DNA of 64,000 nucleotides from Lingula anatina (lineage: Eukaryota > Animalia > Brachiopoda): contig CM120641.1 of the NCBI GenBank assembly GCA_051362555.1, positions 16,182,001-16,246,000 of the forward strand, written 5' to 3'. The notes under the pieces were generated by a model. It was not told the DNA's origin, did not search any database, and was given only the letters and a program-made list of their open reading frames with translations. Positions 26,201 to 40,590 of the stretch are shown piece by piece (position 1 is the first letter of the stretch; every line of letters starts with the position of its first letter). The translations under genes and the position numbers were made by a program.

Positions 26201-29200
26201 TGTGAATGAAAAAAAAAACTGTAATTATTTATGAAAAGGAGGAAAAAGTGCACAATCTTCAAAAATAATTTTCAGACAAATTAAACAATCTAAAGTATTA
26301 GCGGGCCGATTTGCAACAGGTAAAAAAGAATCCAGAAGAATACTGGGGGGGGGGGGGGGGGGTACTTTGTCTCCTGATCTGGTCATTTGTAAGGAATCAC
26401 TGAGAAATCCTCCAGAGACATGACATTACATGATTGTGTGCAGCTCATCTCTAAGGGTTCTAAGCTAATATCATTGAACTTTGTTTTTTTGTAATGAGTT
26501 TCTGAAAGGATCACTACCACTTATTATTGAGAGAAAGATATGATAAACTTATTGAAATCCATGCAACTACCGTCAGATTTTGCTTGTGCAATCTATTTTA
26601 TTTTTGTAATGTCTTCAATGAAATATGAGGGGTCTTGGGATCTGAGATTTGAGGGGTTTTGGATTACAATTGGATGTATTTTCATTTTGAAGTTTCCACA
26701 GTGTGTGGTTATTTTTTACAGAGAAATCACACATTTTGAAAGCACAAAAAAAAAACATACTATTAACATTTTGACTTGGATTTTGTTGCATATTTTTTTT
26801 ATTAAAGTTATTAATAAAGAGCAGAATGCAATTGTGAAAGAGAGAAAAATTTATGCTTCTTGCATCAGGTTCCACACTTGTTTCCAACAAGTGAAAAAAA
26901 AGAAAAATACATTCACATGGTAATTAACCAAAATGTGTTTTACTTTTGTATTAGGGGTTCACAGCGTAGTCCAACATGATACTATCATGATGTCTTCCAA
27001 CCCAGACTATGCACTGGTGGAGGGGGAGGCTGAGAGAGTGGCACGTGAAGCTGTGCGAGCATTGAAGCAGTCCCGTACACGCTGTCTGCCTGCCGCAGCT
27101 GGTGTCCCTACATGGACTGGTCAACATGGGGGTGCAGCAGGACCTAGTAGGTAGGTAGTCAGTAACACTGACCTGAAATATCATATGGTTGTTTTTATTC
27201 TGCACATTTTCGAGTTTTTTTTTTCCAGGTGATGTGTTGTTGTGATGCAATGATAAAGATTAATATAAAGACTTATTAATTATTATTAATATTAAAAAAA
27301 ATGTTGACAGCCTTGAAAACACTAAAAGAAATAGTTTACTCTGGTTCAGTAGTATTGATTTCTACGTTACTGAATGGAGAAGCTTGGAATCTGTTGGATG
27401 ATGATATATAACAGTTAAGAAATTTTACAGCCCCCAAAATCACACGTGAAAATTGATAATAATTTAATGATTAGAAAAATGTTTCCCTTTTCTCCAACTA
27501 TGAGTATAAACAAAAAAATTGTAGTTTCTTTAAGGATTTTCAAGATTACCGAAGTTTAATCTCGATGGTAATATTTTTTTTTGGTACCAGTTGAAACAAT
27601 AAGATAAAATTGTTTGAAAAGAAAAATTTTTGACATATACCTTGATGATGAATGCTATGCTAAAAGTCTCTTAACAGGCAAGTAATGTGCATTATATGTT
27701 TTCTCAAACAAGGTATTGATTTACTGGCATTTACATCGATTCCATTGCCATTCGTGATTCTTGTGAAGTCCAAGGTGCAGTTTTAGCCAGTCAAGTACAT
27801 GGTTGTTTTGGTAAATTGAAGTTGTGGTTAGAATAGCAAGAAGTAAGACTAACAATTAGGCACATATACTCAGACCTCCTTCACAGCATCCTTGTCTCTG
27901 CAAAACTATAATATTTCTGGGAAGAAGTTGAACCCTTGGTATGGCTGTAAACAATGTGTAAAGGACATGCTAAGAGTCATTTGTGACCTTCAAAGTGTTG
28001 TCATATTCTGTCATATTCTCCTTTGCTGACAAGTGGTATCATTGACTTATACCCATCTATGTTGTAGCTCACATAAATGTGTGGCAAATGCATGTTGCAC
28101 CATGCTGCGTTTTTTGGTTCTCAACATCTGTGGTGGCATACTGTAATATATTAAAAGGTTGTGATACTTACAGCAGATATATAAGCAACTATGCTATTTT
28201 CACGTTTTCACTAAGATTGAAAATAGATATCTGGGTCATTTGCTCAAATTGCAACACACTGTGAAAAGTTAGTCCATGCCAAGAAGACAAATTAATATAA
28301 AAAAAGGGTAAAAAAAGGTTGAGCTGGTAATTTTGAGTGGAAAGGCCCTTTTAAAACTCTAACGCTCTATTTTGAATTTCCCATATTTTTATGTACAGAC
28401 ACAGAAGTGTCTGTACATATTGCCATCACCTGCGTCTGTCGTCGCCGATGCCGATGCCGATGCCGGCGCCGTGCACTTTCCTTGTTAACACGATAAGTGG
28501 AGGGCAGTTTTACTTTTTGGCTTTATATTTACAGAGCTGATGAATATTCATAAAACACAGGTCAAGTTCGAAAATCAGCATGATCGGGCCATTATTGTAG
28601 AAGTTATGCTGTTTTTTCACTTTTCAGCATATATGCAACCCTGTTAACACATTTTAAGGAAAACCGATAGGCCTGTTGTCATTAAACTCACAGGAGTAAT
28701 CAATCTTACTAAAACGCAGGTCAAGTTCGAAAATCGGCATGATCCGGCCACTATTTTAGTAGTTATGCTGTTTTTTCACTTTTTAGCATATATGCAACAT
28801 TATTAACACATTTCAAGGAAAACCGATAGGCCTGTTGTCATGAAACTCACATTAGTAATCAATCTTACTAAAACGCAGGTCAAGTTCAAAAATCAGCATA
28901 ATGGGGCCATTATTTTATAAGTTATGCTGTTTTTTCACATTTCCTCAGATTCAATTCTTTGGCATGTTAACAGTCTCATTATTTAACTTATAAGATATGT
29001 AAATGTGTTTGTTTGACATTTCCTGCAACTTTACAACATTGTTAGTTGATTATGTAAAAATGATGGTAAACTTGTTATCATGTATTGTATAATAGAGTTT
29101 CAAAAATGGAAAAAAACTCATATCATTGCAGTTTGTCAGATTAATTCATTCACTATGTTCAGAAACTCGGAATGGAGGAAATTGGACATTAAACACTGTT

Positions 29201-31989
29201 CTATTGATATTTTTCCCATGTCATCAATTTTCTTAGTTGATCATATAAAAATGGCAGTAAACTGTTAATTTTGTTATATGTTAAACAATTGTTAAAAATG
29301 GAAAAAAACACATTTCAGGACAGTGCTGTCTTGTTTACATTTTGGCATTTTCAAGGTGTGACTTTGAAGTTACATGGGCCTGAAGACCTTTGCTTGTCAC
29401 ATTTTCTGAATATCCATGATACTAATATTTTATTAGAAATTGATGGTCAATTAGGCAATGCAGTCTGTCTGGTAATTCTTTCTGGCAGTTAATCGTTTTT
29501 TTGTGAAAATTTAATTTTTCACATATTGGCATTTTCAAGGTGTGACTTAGAACCTCCACGGGCTTGAAGACCCATGCTAGTCACATTTTCTGAAAATCCA
29601 CGATACATATATTTTATTTTGTACATATTGCCATCACCTGCATCTGTCGTCGCCATCCATGTTGCCGTCGCCGTGCACTTTTATCATTAACACCATAAGT
29701 GGAAGACAGTTTTACTTTTTGGCTTTATATTTACAGAGCTGATGAATATTCATAAAACGCAGGTCAAGTTCGAAAATCAACATGATCGGGCCACTATTTT
29801 AGTAGTTATGCTGTTTTTTTTCACTTTTCAGCATATATACAACACTGTTAACACAATATAAGAAAAACAGATAGGCCAGTTGTCATGAAACTCACAGGAG
29901 TGATTAATCTTACTAAAATGCAGGTCAAGTTCGAAAATCAGCATAATCGGGCCATTATTTTAGAAGTTATGCTGTTTTTTCACATTTCCTCAGATTCAAT
30001 TCTTAGGCATGTTAACAGTTTCATTATTTAATTAATAAGATACGTAAAAGTGTTTGTTTGACATTTCCTGCATCTTTACAACATTGTTGGTTGATTTTGT
30101 AAAAATGATGGTAAACTTGTTATCGTGTATTGTGTAATAAAGTTTCAAAAATGGAAATAAACTCATATCATTGCAGTTTGTCAGATTCAATCATTCACTA
30201 TGTTCAGAATCTCAGAATGGAAGAAATTGGACATTAAACACTGCTCTATTGATTTTTTTCCCATCTCATCAATTTTTTTAGTTGATCATATATAAATGGC
30301 AGTAAACTGTTAATTTTGTTTTATGTTAAAAATTGTTAAAAATGTGGAAAAAAACATTTCAGAACAGTGCTGTCTTGTTTATAAAACTGCAGACGATTTG
30401 GTTAATTTTAGTGAATGTGAGATGTAGTCTCATCCCAAATTATGAAAATTATCCTACAGCTGGTGCTTCGAACAATAAGACAAGAGGATAATGCACTAGT
30501 GTTTCGCTTACACAATCGTCTGTATTTTAATATGCTTCACTGCATTCCATGTGAAGTGCAAGTGCAAATCATCCAATTTGTTTTGAAGTGACAGACATGG
30601 GATATGTCAGTTACAACCATGGCCATCAAATATGTGTAACATACAAGAGCTAATTATATGCTGACCAAAACTTCCAATGCAACACATACAATTTTGAAAT
30701 ATTCGGTGTATATAAAATGGGATATTGGTTTTGATTCATGATACATCAACTACACCTTAAAAGCATACAAAATTGTTTTGATTTTGTCATGTGGGCAGCT
30801 CGTTTTGCTTGATTGCACATTGTTTAGAATTTTGCCTATCTCGTCAGGTTGAGTAGAACTCTTTGACCAATCCTTCCAGAATTTGGTCAATAAATAGCTG
30901 TAGTGATGGGCAACTTTAATATTTCTCTGCATTTCCTGGGTCAACATGTGACCATGCCACGCCTAGGTCAAAATCAGCGAGAACAAGCCCTATGTCTGCT
31001 CACTGGAGGAATGTCGCAAAGACGGGTTACAAGGAACCTTGGCATCCTTGTGTCGACCATATCATGTCTCTGGGGCTGATATAATAAAACAGGAAGCACC
31101 AGTGATTGTATTCCCCAGATTTAAATCCTATAGAACATCTATGGGATATTCTGGTTCACGAGGTGAGAAGGCATGATCCAGAACCGGCCACAGTCCAACA
31201 ATTGCTTCAAGCACTCCAGGACAAATGGGACAGCATCACACAGGTTGAAATTCGGCAATTGATTGACTCCATGCATGGCATAATCCAGGCTGTGTGTGAC
31301 GCCAGAGGATGCCACACAAGATACTGACTTCGGTGATCCAGAATTGTGCCTTCAACTGATGCAATGGACTCGAAACCAGAAAAATCTGTTCTTCATTCCT
31401 GACTCTGAAACTGTGTTTTTGATTTGAATCTTTGTTATTTTTTATTGTTAAATTTAGCATAAGAAAATGACATGTGTTGCAATAAACCCAAGTGTTGCAT
31501 TGGAAATTTTGGTCAGTATATTGTGGCTTTGCCTCGATATAATTACATTCTTGTAGGTTGCATATAGTGGACAACTCCTGTTGTACTTAGAGGCCATAAG
31601 ATGGCATACCTCATGTTGAGACTGGCACTTAGATTAGTGCATGCCTTTTTTTCCCCGTTGGTGATCAAGATGAAATGATTCACAGGTCAGGTGTGAGCAA
31701 GCTAATTGCGTGGCAATGGTAAACCAAAAATACTTGACACCTGTACTAATTGTCCTATTGTCCTATTTTGATTGGGGTCATGAAATCACTGGGGTCATGA
31801 TCCTTATGTACCCTTGCTTGATCTAAGAAGGGTGTCATGTTGGAGAAATACCTCTGTCACCTTAAAAATGATCCCGACTTAAACAAAACAAGTGTGAAAT
31901 TTGATCTTATTTGTGTAAAAAGGGGAGCTAAATTAAGGCTTGCTACAAGGATACAGTGTAAGATGAAGTGCAATAGATGTTGCAATCTA

Positions 31990-32022
<33 letters not shown>

Positions 32023-33667
32023 CAAGTATTATACAAAATATGTGTGTTAATTATTATCACAATACCAGTGTTATCTCAGAAATTAACTGAAAGCAACAGC
32101 AGGCGTTAATATCCATTTTTTAAATCATTTCCATTGCCTTACATGCACTGCATCAAGAATCTTCTGTTTCCACAATGCAGATAAGATGCTGATAAGATAA
32201 CTTTTTATTTAATTCTGTAGTTGTATTAAGATCCACCAATTTTTTATTTTTCTCTATTTTAGTATATCAACAGCATTTTTTCATCACTATGCCAAATTAT
32301 TTTGAAATATGTATATATAAAAACCTAAATATGTTTACATTACTGCCAATATCATATCCTATGAAATTGATTCACAGGATTTAGTGACATGGACAATTTA
32401 AATGAGAACACAAAAGATGACCTACTACTTTACCATACAACTTGTATCCAAATTACCTGTAGTGTCCATACCTCTACCACATACACCAATACAGCCACTA
32501 ATACAGTTTCTAAACTTATGATGTGTTGTACACAAAGTGAAACTGACAGCTTAAAAAGATGTCCAAAATTATTAACAATTATTAAAACATAGATTTATTC
32601 AGTACAACAGTCACAGAGTGGTACACTGGATGTATTCTTCATGTGGTGTTAATACCCCTGTAGCATCTGTACCCTTGTAGTGTCTGTACCCACGTAGTGT
32701 CCGTACCCCTATGCAGTGACAATATTTTGTTTAAATGCCTGTTGAGCCTTGATGAATTTAAGATAAATCAAATAATCAAGAAATTACAGAGTAAAGCTAG
32801 AGATTAAATGAATTGTAAAAATTTATTTATCACCCACTCACTATATCTGAAATTTCTTGAAAGACTTTTTTGACATTATTACTAAAATTGTTTGTCTTGA
32901 CACTTTACATATATTTCACCTATATATCTACAGTATTTTATATGAAAAGCAACTTAATTACATTGAGTCACACTTAATATTTAGTGTCCATACCTCTGAA
33001 ATACCATACTAAATGATATCTTAGAATGTAAAAGAGTTGACTCAATGATATTTGTGAAGATTTTGCTGCACTTAATACAAAGTTGCAGATTGGTCTTGAA
33101 TAAAAAGGGATTTCAGAAATTACAGTTAAATTTTGTTCGAAATGTCCACCCTTGTTGATACTGTTTGATTGTGATCATGATGATTATTTCGTAAGCAGAA
33201 GATTGTGGTCAAAATTTATGGCTTCTTCTAATACATAACTTCTATATGAAGCTATAAAAAATAGGGTCAAAAGGTAGCATTGTCTTGGTTATAATAGAAG
33301 GCTAGTGATTGATCGATAATTCTACATCTTTTGGCAGTTCTCTTGAAAAAAAGGACCTTCTATATGATAACAAGAGACTGTAATGACTGTAATAGTTTCA
33401 CAGCTATCCATCCAGGCACCAAAAGCTCATAGCAAGGTGTTATGTGCTGCAGGAAATGTATGGAATTCAAGACGATGGAAAATTGGTTAAATTTGTAGTA
33501 TTTGTAGTAAAAAGCCACGAAGAAAGATGCATGAAATTAATTAAATTTCTATTTAAAGCAGTCTGCTCTGGATTATTCCTGTCAAAATTCCTTTTCAGCA
33601 CATGGCTTATTGACACATAATCTGTGCTTGCAGGAAGTGTGAGATGGATGTACCTTAATTGGCTCTG

Positions 33668-33751
<84 letters not shown>

Positions 33752-35683
33752 TGAGAGAGAGAGATGTCAGTGAGATTTTACCAATTGATACTTTGTATAC
33801 TACTTTTTGTCAATATATACATATTACTGCATAGATGTAGTGTTAATATCTTCCCCACCCCAAGAAGTATATATGCAAGTCATAAAAGACATCATTGAAA
33901 AACACAATATATGGGTTGATTTTGTTTGGTTGCTTAAATTTATTAAGCAAGTATGATTAAGTGTTTTAAAAACGTGTTGACCAAGAAAGTATGATAACAA
34001 AGTGTATTAAAAACGTGTTGACCTTTGCGTGTTTGTACAGAGACACTGTGCAGTCTCTCTTATTACTCAGCAATTGTCTGGAACAAAATAACCCAGACAT
34101 GGTGTGCCGCACTTACATGTGTTGTGCTTCACATAAGCTCGAGTTACATCATATCTGGGGCTTTGTCAGATTCACCACTGGTTTGTAAGGTGCATGAGAC
34201 ATTCCTCGAAATCTAAGATGTTCAATTAATTACTGACTAATGAAGGAAAACGTGTTTGCTGCAGTTCTAATTTTGTGCTCACTTCCCGTTACTTCCTGCT
34301 TTGAAGCTTATTATGTACATGTCACGAAACTGGCGCAAGTAATTGGTACAAAAAATGCAAAGTTGTATGCTGGTGAATGCTTATTTGATACCTGATTCTG
34401 AAAATAGTGAATGAATTACCATTTTAGAAGTCATGTTACTTCATCAGAAAATTTTAATAAATTTCCAGACCAAGATTTGGCCAAAAGAAAAAGGGTGGAC
34501 TGCTTCCCAACCTTGCTAATGGAAAAGATGCTTCTGTAATGAAAAAGGTTTGTATATTGATTTTTTACTATTGGCATTTTGTAAGGATGTCTTGTTCACT
34601 AAAATACATACATGAAATTCAGCAATCTGACAAGAAATATTCTATTAATTTGTATTGCTTGTTTTTGCATACCTAGTTCTAATCAGTCATACCTACTAAG
34701 TGCTTACCTGGTTCTGACATGAAATTTATTGTGTCTGTGAGCTGTTAACCACTCTGTCTCAAGAAGTGAACATCTTGCAGTTTATATTTCATGCTCCAAA
34801 AGCAACCACTGAATTTTAAAACATTTTTCATCTCTTCCTCATTGCTATTATTTGCCACTCAGTACAAAATCAACGTGGAAACATGCCTACCCTTTTTGTT
34901 GAAAAAAAATAAGCCAAAAAAAAAACATTCTTCCAAATTAATGACAAATTTATATACATTTACATGCATGTCCCCCCCTCCCCCAATGACTCGTTTAACA
35001 GTATCTTCTTTATTGCTGAAACATTGAAACATTAACTTTGCTACATGTAGTCTTTTTTTGTGGATATTTCCTTGAGTTAATAGACATTTGTTGAAAGCAG
35101 AGCATAGAGTTAATGAGATAGATGTTTTTCTATTCAGTGGACTTCTTCCTTATGTTTGCCTATTGTACTTAGAACAGTGCAGGTGTCATATAACAAGGAA
35201 GATGATCAGAACATCTGTCAAACATCAACGAGAATCATGTGAATTTAACTTTCAGTTATTATTATTCTTATTATTATGTTCTAGACAACAGACAAGGAAG
35301 ATGCATCGCTTGAAGCAAAGCATTTTGATGGCAAGAGCAGCGAGGCTGATGGCTCAGCGGGAGTTTTGTCATCTGTGCAGTTATTAGCGAAAATAAAAGC
35401 AAGAAATCCTGTGACGTCAGCGTCACTGACTAATGACAGCAATTTAGTTAATTCCCAGGAAGTACATGATGATGACCTAGCATTGTTAGAAGATGTCAGA
35501 ACATTTATTGCCTTTCAATGTGCTGTTGATGGACAAGGAACTACAGAAGAAATATTACAAAGGTTCAAGAATAGACTTCCTCCTGAGAATTCTGCCAAAT
35601 TCAAAGCCATGCTGAGACAAATTTGTGACTTTACCAGATCAAATGGCATTGGGGTTTGGTCACTAAAGCCTGAAATGCGATAG
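9201..35683 (+). CDS. ERCC6: DNA excision repair protein ERCC-6 / Cockayne syndrome B (SNF2 helicase); exons 9201-9429, 10927-11026, 11329-11449, 11722-11806, 11981-12484, 12637-12847, 13141-13269, 13691-13843, 14172-14307, 14591-14761, 15197-15373, 15777-15887, 16146-16241, 16721-16939, 17291-17401, 19666-19880, 20349-20998, 21264-21392, 26955-27150, 34469-34547, 35285-35683
   Basis: Exons sum to 4221 nt (1406 aa + stop), in frame. CSB hallmarks: [26 protein letters not shown], acidic region, [155 protein letters not shown] and the C-terminal winged-helix FKAMLRQIC...WSLKPE. Confidence 0.96.
9535..10515. mobile_element. Non-autonomous PIF/Harbinger-type DNA transposon (about 980 bp) in the first coding-region intron of ERCC6
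   Basis: Perfect ~34-bp terminal inverted repeats GGCCACACTTTTTTATTTTTATGGATGACATCCT / AGGATGTCATCCATAAAAATAAAAAAGTGTGGCC, flanked on both sides by TTA (9532-9534, 10516-10518). A 3-bp TWA duplication is typical of PIF/Harbinger. Internal ~163-bp direct duplication near 10078-10357; no transposase ORF. Confidence 0.85.
18765..18872. repeat. Degenerate minisatellite, 4 units with core (C)ATTACAGCTATTC
   Basis: ATTACAGCTATTC occurs four times with about 26-32 bp spacing. Confidence 0.7.
23213..23260. repeat. (GT)n microsatellite, interrupted
   Basis: Direct reading. Confidence 0.9.
28386..30380 (+). mobile_element. Helentron/HINE-like element with internal ~159-bp tandem repeats, partly duplicated in tandem (period about 1208 bp)
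   Basis: Starts with a T-run and the hairpin ATGTACAGACAC-AGAA-GTGTCTGTACAT (28391-28418), then a GC-rich microsatellite (GTCGCCGATGCCGATGCC...), then units containing CAGGTCAAGTTCGAAAATC at about 28561, 28720 and 28879. The block restarts at 29621 (GTACATATTGCCATCACCTGC). No clear 3' terminus was found. Confidence 0.65.
30659..31518 (+). mobile_element. Internally deleted Tc1/mariner transposon (about 860 bp)
   Basis: Terminal inverted repeats TA|TGCTGACCAAAACTTCCAATGCAACAC ... GTGTTGCATTGGAAATTTTGGTCAGTA|TA. N-terminal HTH remnant [36 protein letters not shown] from 30954, followed by the C-terminal Tc1 motif [12 protein letters not shown]...LIDSM...GCHTRY* (31106-31327). Confidence 0.9.
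30954..31327 (+). pseudogene. Tc1-like transposase remnant lacking most of the DDE domain
   Basis: [11 protein letters not shown] and the terminal GxHTRY are Tc1-family hallmarks; stop codon and large deletion between the HTH and this motif. Confidence 0.85.
33669..33764. repeat. Compound microsatellite (TA)n(GT)n(GA)n
   Basis: Direct reading. Confidence 0.95.
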
Positions 35684-38600
35684 AAGATGAGCTCTTTTTC
35701 CGAATTCTGACTTCTATGGCTAGTTTAAGTTGACAAATTAAAGTTCCTTAGATTCAGTTTAGATATTGTCTGGTCAAAGGTTTTGGCCCTGCAGCTGAAG
35801 AGAAATGAAAGTTTTTTAGACTGATGTACGCAAGAATAAAATGTGAATTAATAACTCTGACACTCAGGGTATTTATTTATATATTTTTTTGTACATTAGC
35901 ATGGTTTGTTCTTTTTTCTTTTTTTTTACCTGAAAATTCTGATTTTTGTATAATAGAAAGCTTAGTAAGTGATGGGATGTAGTTCATAAGGTTTGTTCTC
36001 GATATTTGATAAGGTTTTACAGTTATTGGCTTTTCTTTGGGTAAGATGTGGTACGTCCAGAAAATGGAATGAATTAAATTAGCCCATACTCTTCGTCCTC
36101 TATTTGTAATAAAAATATGAAAATCCAAGATGTGTCTTTATTTCGTTTTGAAATGTTTTGTGTATATCATGTATTATGGGCCATGTTTTTTAAAACAGTT
36201 TTTTAAAACTATTAAAATAGTCAAATGACCTTATAATCTTCTATTTAAAGATGACAAGAGCAGAATGTGGTCAATTTGGGGATAACTTTTATTGAGAAAA
36301 TATTTATACAATTAATGATGATAATGAATTCTTAAAAACCACCGCGCTCATTTTAGAACAGTTTGTTATATGAACATAAAATACAAGAACTTAAAATCCT
36401 AAGACGTGTACCATCAACCGAATTACGAAATACACTGTAAAATTCTAAAAAAATGTCTACCAAAATTGCTAACTGCTGCCAGCTAGTTAGTGCAGGTGAA
36501 ATGAAATTATTTTAGCAATTTTTTTTCAAATTCTAAAGCCCAGTTCAGTACAGTTCGGAAAATTACCAAAGTAAGATTTTTATACGTAAGTGTTCTGTTT
36601 AGTCTTTTCCCTGCAAATCGGACTTTTAAGGTGATAAAACGCCTGAAATAAAAGTGAATGACGTCGATATTTACTTCTGAAATGTCAGGAAAAATATACC
36701 GGTCCCAATGTGGAGCCAGACATCTAGAACTAAATTAGTTTGGAATGGGATTAAACATCGAATTCAAGTGCTGGGACGGATCGAGCTTCCACCCGTAAGT
36801 AGGAGGAAATCGATTTTCCTGAAGGAATGAGGTAATACCTGACAGGATACATTCAAAAGTCAATTTAACCATTTTAGAATTAGTATAACATCGTTAAAAA
36901 AAGAAAATTGCAATATTTCATTTAAATTTCAACATCCATTTAAACAATTGAGCGCATGCATATGCAGAGGCAATTCATTTTAGAAAATAGTGGAGGGGGG
37001 GGGGGGGGGGGGGAGGCACGGTGACCAGAAGCCTTAGGGGTATGTTATGTTTCGTCTCTTCAGCTAAATGTTTTAGAAAATGTTAGTCTGTGCAAAATTC
37101 ACGGATACCATGCCAGCAATAACTTGATGGGAGATATCTTTTCAGTGACATGCTTTCAGCAGGAAATCGGTGAGATGGGATTGCAGATACCATCCAACTG
37201 ATAACATGCAAACTCGCGTGCAGCATATCATTTTACACAACCTTCTTCCTAGAACTTGGTAGAAGCCCTAACTTTTACTAGTCGACGATCCCATTCCTGC
37301 ATCTGGTCAACTCAAAATTTACTTGACGGGAATACATAGAAGTATCGAATTTTTTCTTCGTTTGGTTGACATATAAACTTTTTACGACTTTTGAGATAAA
37401 CCAAAATGCTTTGTCTCTCTTATAGGGCCTACGTCGCAGACGCACACTCTATTATATTAAGTGCAACTGTATTTATTGAACTTAATTTCTGGTTATGCGT
37501 CAATGATTGTATACGACTCCTCCCATGCTTTGTTTCTCTTGGGGAAAGACCTCTCCAGAATCGATGACTCAATTAATAAAACGAGCTAATATGCTCCGCA
37601 ATTCAAGAATAATGTCCCTTCGCAAGTTTCTAATGTATGGACACATGAACACAAAATAGTGTCTTAAGTTCTCAAATAGGTTTCTGAACACGAACTTGAG
37701 CGAACTGGAACGAACTAAGATAGCTATAAAAACATAGTTTCGACCCGAAGAAAAATTACCTATAATGCAAGTAAGTTTTTAAGAGACCAAATTCACCCCC
37801 CCCCCCAAAAAAAAAAAAAAAAAAAAAAAAAAAAGAAATCCTATCATGGGTCTACTTATCTCAAAATAATCGAAACGGGTGTGACCTGAGTGAAGAAAAT
37901 AGTATTCGTATTCGTCCTTGAAGGATTTTGAGCATGTCCTTGTTACTCCCAATTTGAGGATATCTTAATCAAGCAGAAAGAAAAGAGATGTTGAATCTTA
38001 TCCTCCGCAGTCCTTGAAATCACAATACTGGAATATTTATTCTCAGATATGCTCTTATTACGATAACAGAGTTAATGAAACAAGCGAGCTATAATTGGAA
38101 CGCAAGAATCCAGGTGCGTGCACGTTAACAGGTATATAGGACAAATTATTAGATCGAAATAATCCATTGAAACGGATTTTGGTTGCTTTTTGTCACTGCT
38201 TCCTTGATGTCCAGTATCAACCTCAACTAGCCATCCATAGATATTCAACGCAATGCATAGCTTTGATCTACTGCCTTGGATAGATGTGTCATAGTGGTGA
38301 TATCACGGCCTTTCGTTTTAGAAACTTCCACATTTAAAACAAAAGTATGTCAACGTTTGGTAAAGATTGTTCAAATGTGTCAGTTATAATGATATTACAT
38401 GAATCTATAAATGTATTTTACTCATTGGAAAGAATTGTAACCTAGTTTCAAAGGATGTTTTCAGTTTTTAAAAGGATTGAATAACTTTTTTGCGGCTTCA
38501 TCTCCTACACAATGGGCGACCACTTGGCGCCAAATACTCCGAGGAAACTATACACTACCTTCATTGTAAAATGTCAACTTCAACACCCTGTACCAGCCAG

Positions 38601-40543
38601 CATTTTCTGGCCATTTTTAAACTCATATTAATTCTCGCAGCAAAGGCTTTAATCAATCACAAAACTACCTTTGTTTTCCAACAACCGAGTTGCGCCCACT
38701 TTGCAATACAGTTTACTTGCCCATTGATGACCTGTCCCCGCCTTCTATGGCGAAGATGTTGAAATCAGTTAATTGATCTCAAAGTTTCTCATTGTTTTTC
38801 TAGCCACGCTTGGTAAATATTATGGTTCAAACTTGTTGATGTACGCCCTCACTTTGTTTGGTCCCTCCTATCATCAGATTATTACAAGATCCCTGTGAAA
38901 TGTGAATAGTAATGATTCTGTGGTGATCCTTTTCCTGACAATTTTAGGACAAAAGTTTAAAGGATATGCGGTAAAGTCTTTTCTTTCTAAAAAAAAATTG
39001 ATTCTGTGGTTGTTAACCATGCTATAACTTAAAATGCAATGCATGGAAATAACATTTACAAGTAGTACATGTACAAATATTGAAACTCGAGATCACGCCT
39101 TCAGGTTTATCAGAAAAAAAGTGAATCTTCAGAAATGAATTTCGGACTGGATGAATGAGAGTTAATAGCCTGTACCAGAAAACACACTTGGAGTAATGAA
39201 TAAGGCTAAATTGACATTGGACATTCAATATTAAGAGCGCTACCAGAATCAGTTCCATGGAGTACGTCTGTAGGGGAAAGGCGTATGTAACAAAAAATTA
39301 TTGATTTTGCGGTTTTTATGACATATCAGTCAAATGATATTTAGTCCCGAGTTAAAGTAAACAAGAAGGTGAAGTGAAGGACAAACAGAAACTCCAAATG
39401 CTAGTCTAACTTGATTTGCATTCTCTTCCCACTCTAGGTACCGCAAGCTATCATCCTTGAACGACACTTTAAAGAAACTTGTTCATTTTATGACTGTAAA
39501 CATATCATCATCATCATAATTATCATCATCAATTTTCCATAAACTTAAAGACAATATATCCGAGTTCTTTAATCGCCAACTGAAGACTAACAATGAACTT
39601 TAAAATCGGATTTGATACAGTGCGGCGGTGGTCAGTAAAATGCCGTTTCAAATGACATGCCTGTAAGCCTTTGTCACATCGAGCGGTACAGTTTCTTGTA
39701 CCGCACCAGTTTTGCTGGTCCTAGTATGTAAAAAATTAAGCTACGGAAGTTTTTTTCTTCCTTTTCACAAGGCCCAATGAATGGTTTTCTGCTGTCAGGA
39801 GATTATTGGTTAATAATAATATCACATGGGATTAGAGGTGTGAGTTCTTTATCAAACTGTTTCATCTTTTTGACCAAGAGTGTATGTAAGAACACTTTAA
39901 TCACAAACATACATGCATGCGTATCTCTCACAAAAAGTCCATTTGCACACAGTAATCTTGTACACTTATTTATTTCTCAGAGAAGATCTTTTTTCTCACG
40001 TGGAATTTGTTCTCATGGTTTAACGATGGTGATAGTAATAGTAATAATGATGTAATTTCATCATAGACTGTTTGACATTTCCACAACTCTATTACGCTGT
40101 CATAAAAGTCCGAGTCGTAAATGTCAACTGTGTTGCATTGCTTTCCGTCTAATCAAAAAGTGATATTTAAGAGAAAATGGGGAATCACTTTAATACACCA
40201 GGGTTAGAGTTCATAGAATTTAGAAGGTAAAATGGAATCCATAAGATTTGTTGGTCGCGTGCAAATTTTACAAGGCAGCGATGCTGCCAGATGTACAGGT
40301 TGATATCAGTATCATAGCTGTTTAAAATATCAAGAAATACAAGGAGTGAATTTATAAGGACATTATATGCTGCATGAAATGAATGCAGAAGATAATGCTT
40401 TATCAAAGTTTTTTTTAAATTGTGTAATTGATCTATTAAAATTTTCTTTTACTTTAGAAATAAATAAATAAACAAACAAAAAATTACCACATAATACAAA
40501 AGTACTTATGTAAAATACTTCTTACATACTCCATACTCCTTTT

Positions 40544-40590
40544 TGTGTGTGTGTTTGTGTGTGTGTGTGTGCGTGTGTGTGTGTGTGTGT
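40544..40590. repeat. (GT)n microsatellite
   Basis: Direct reading. Confidence 0.9.

Noticed and set aside
21393-28300. Nested gene or decayed coding sequence in the long ERCC6 introns (for example ORFs at 22609-22836, 23992-24180 and 25983-26177)
   Set aside because: Some stretches look like degraded coding DNA, but no recognisable motif or consistent exon chain was found; a translated homology search would be needed.
39682-39720. Two adjacent small hairpins (GCGGTACA/TGTACCGC and ACCAG/CTGGT)
   Set aside because: No partner terminus or RNA-family motif was found; could be chance or an unrecognisable transposon end.
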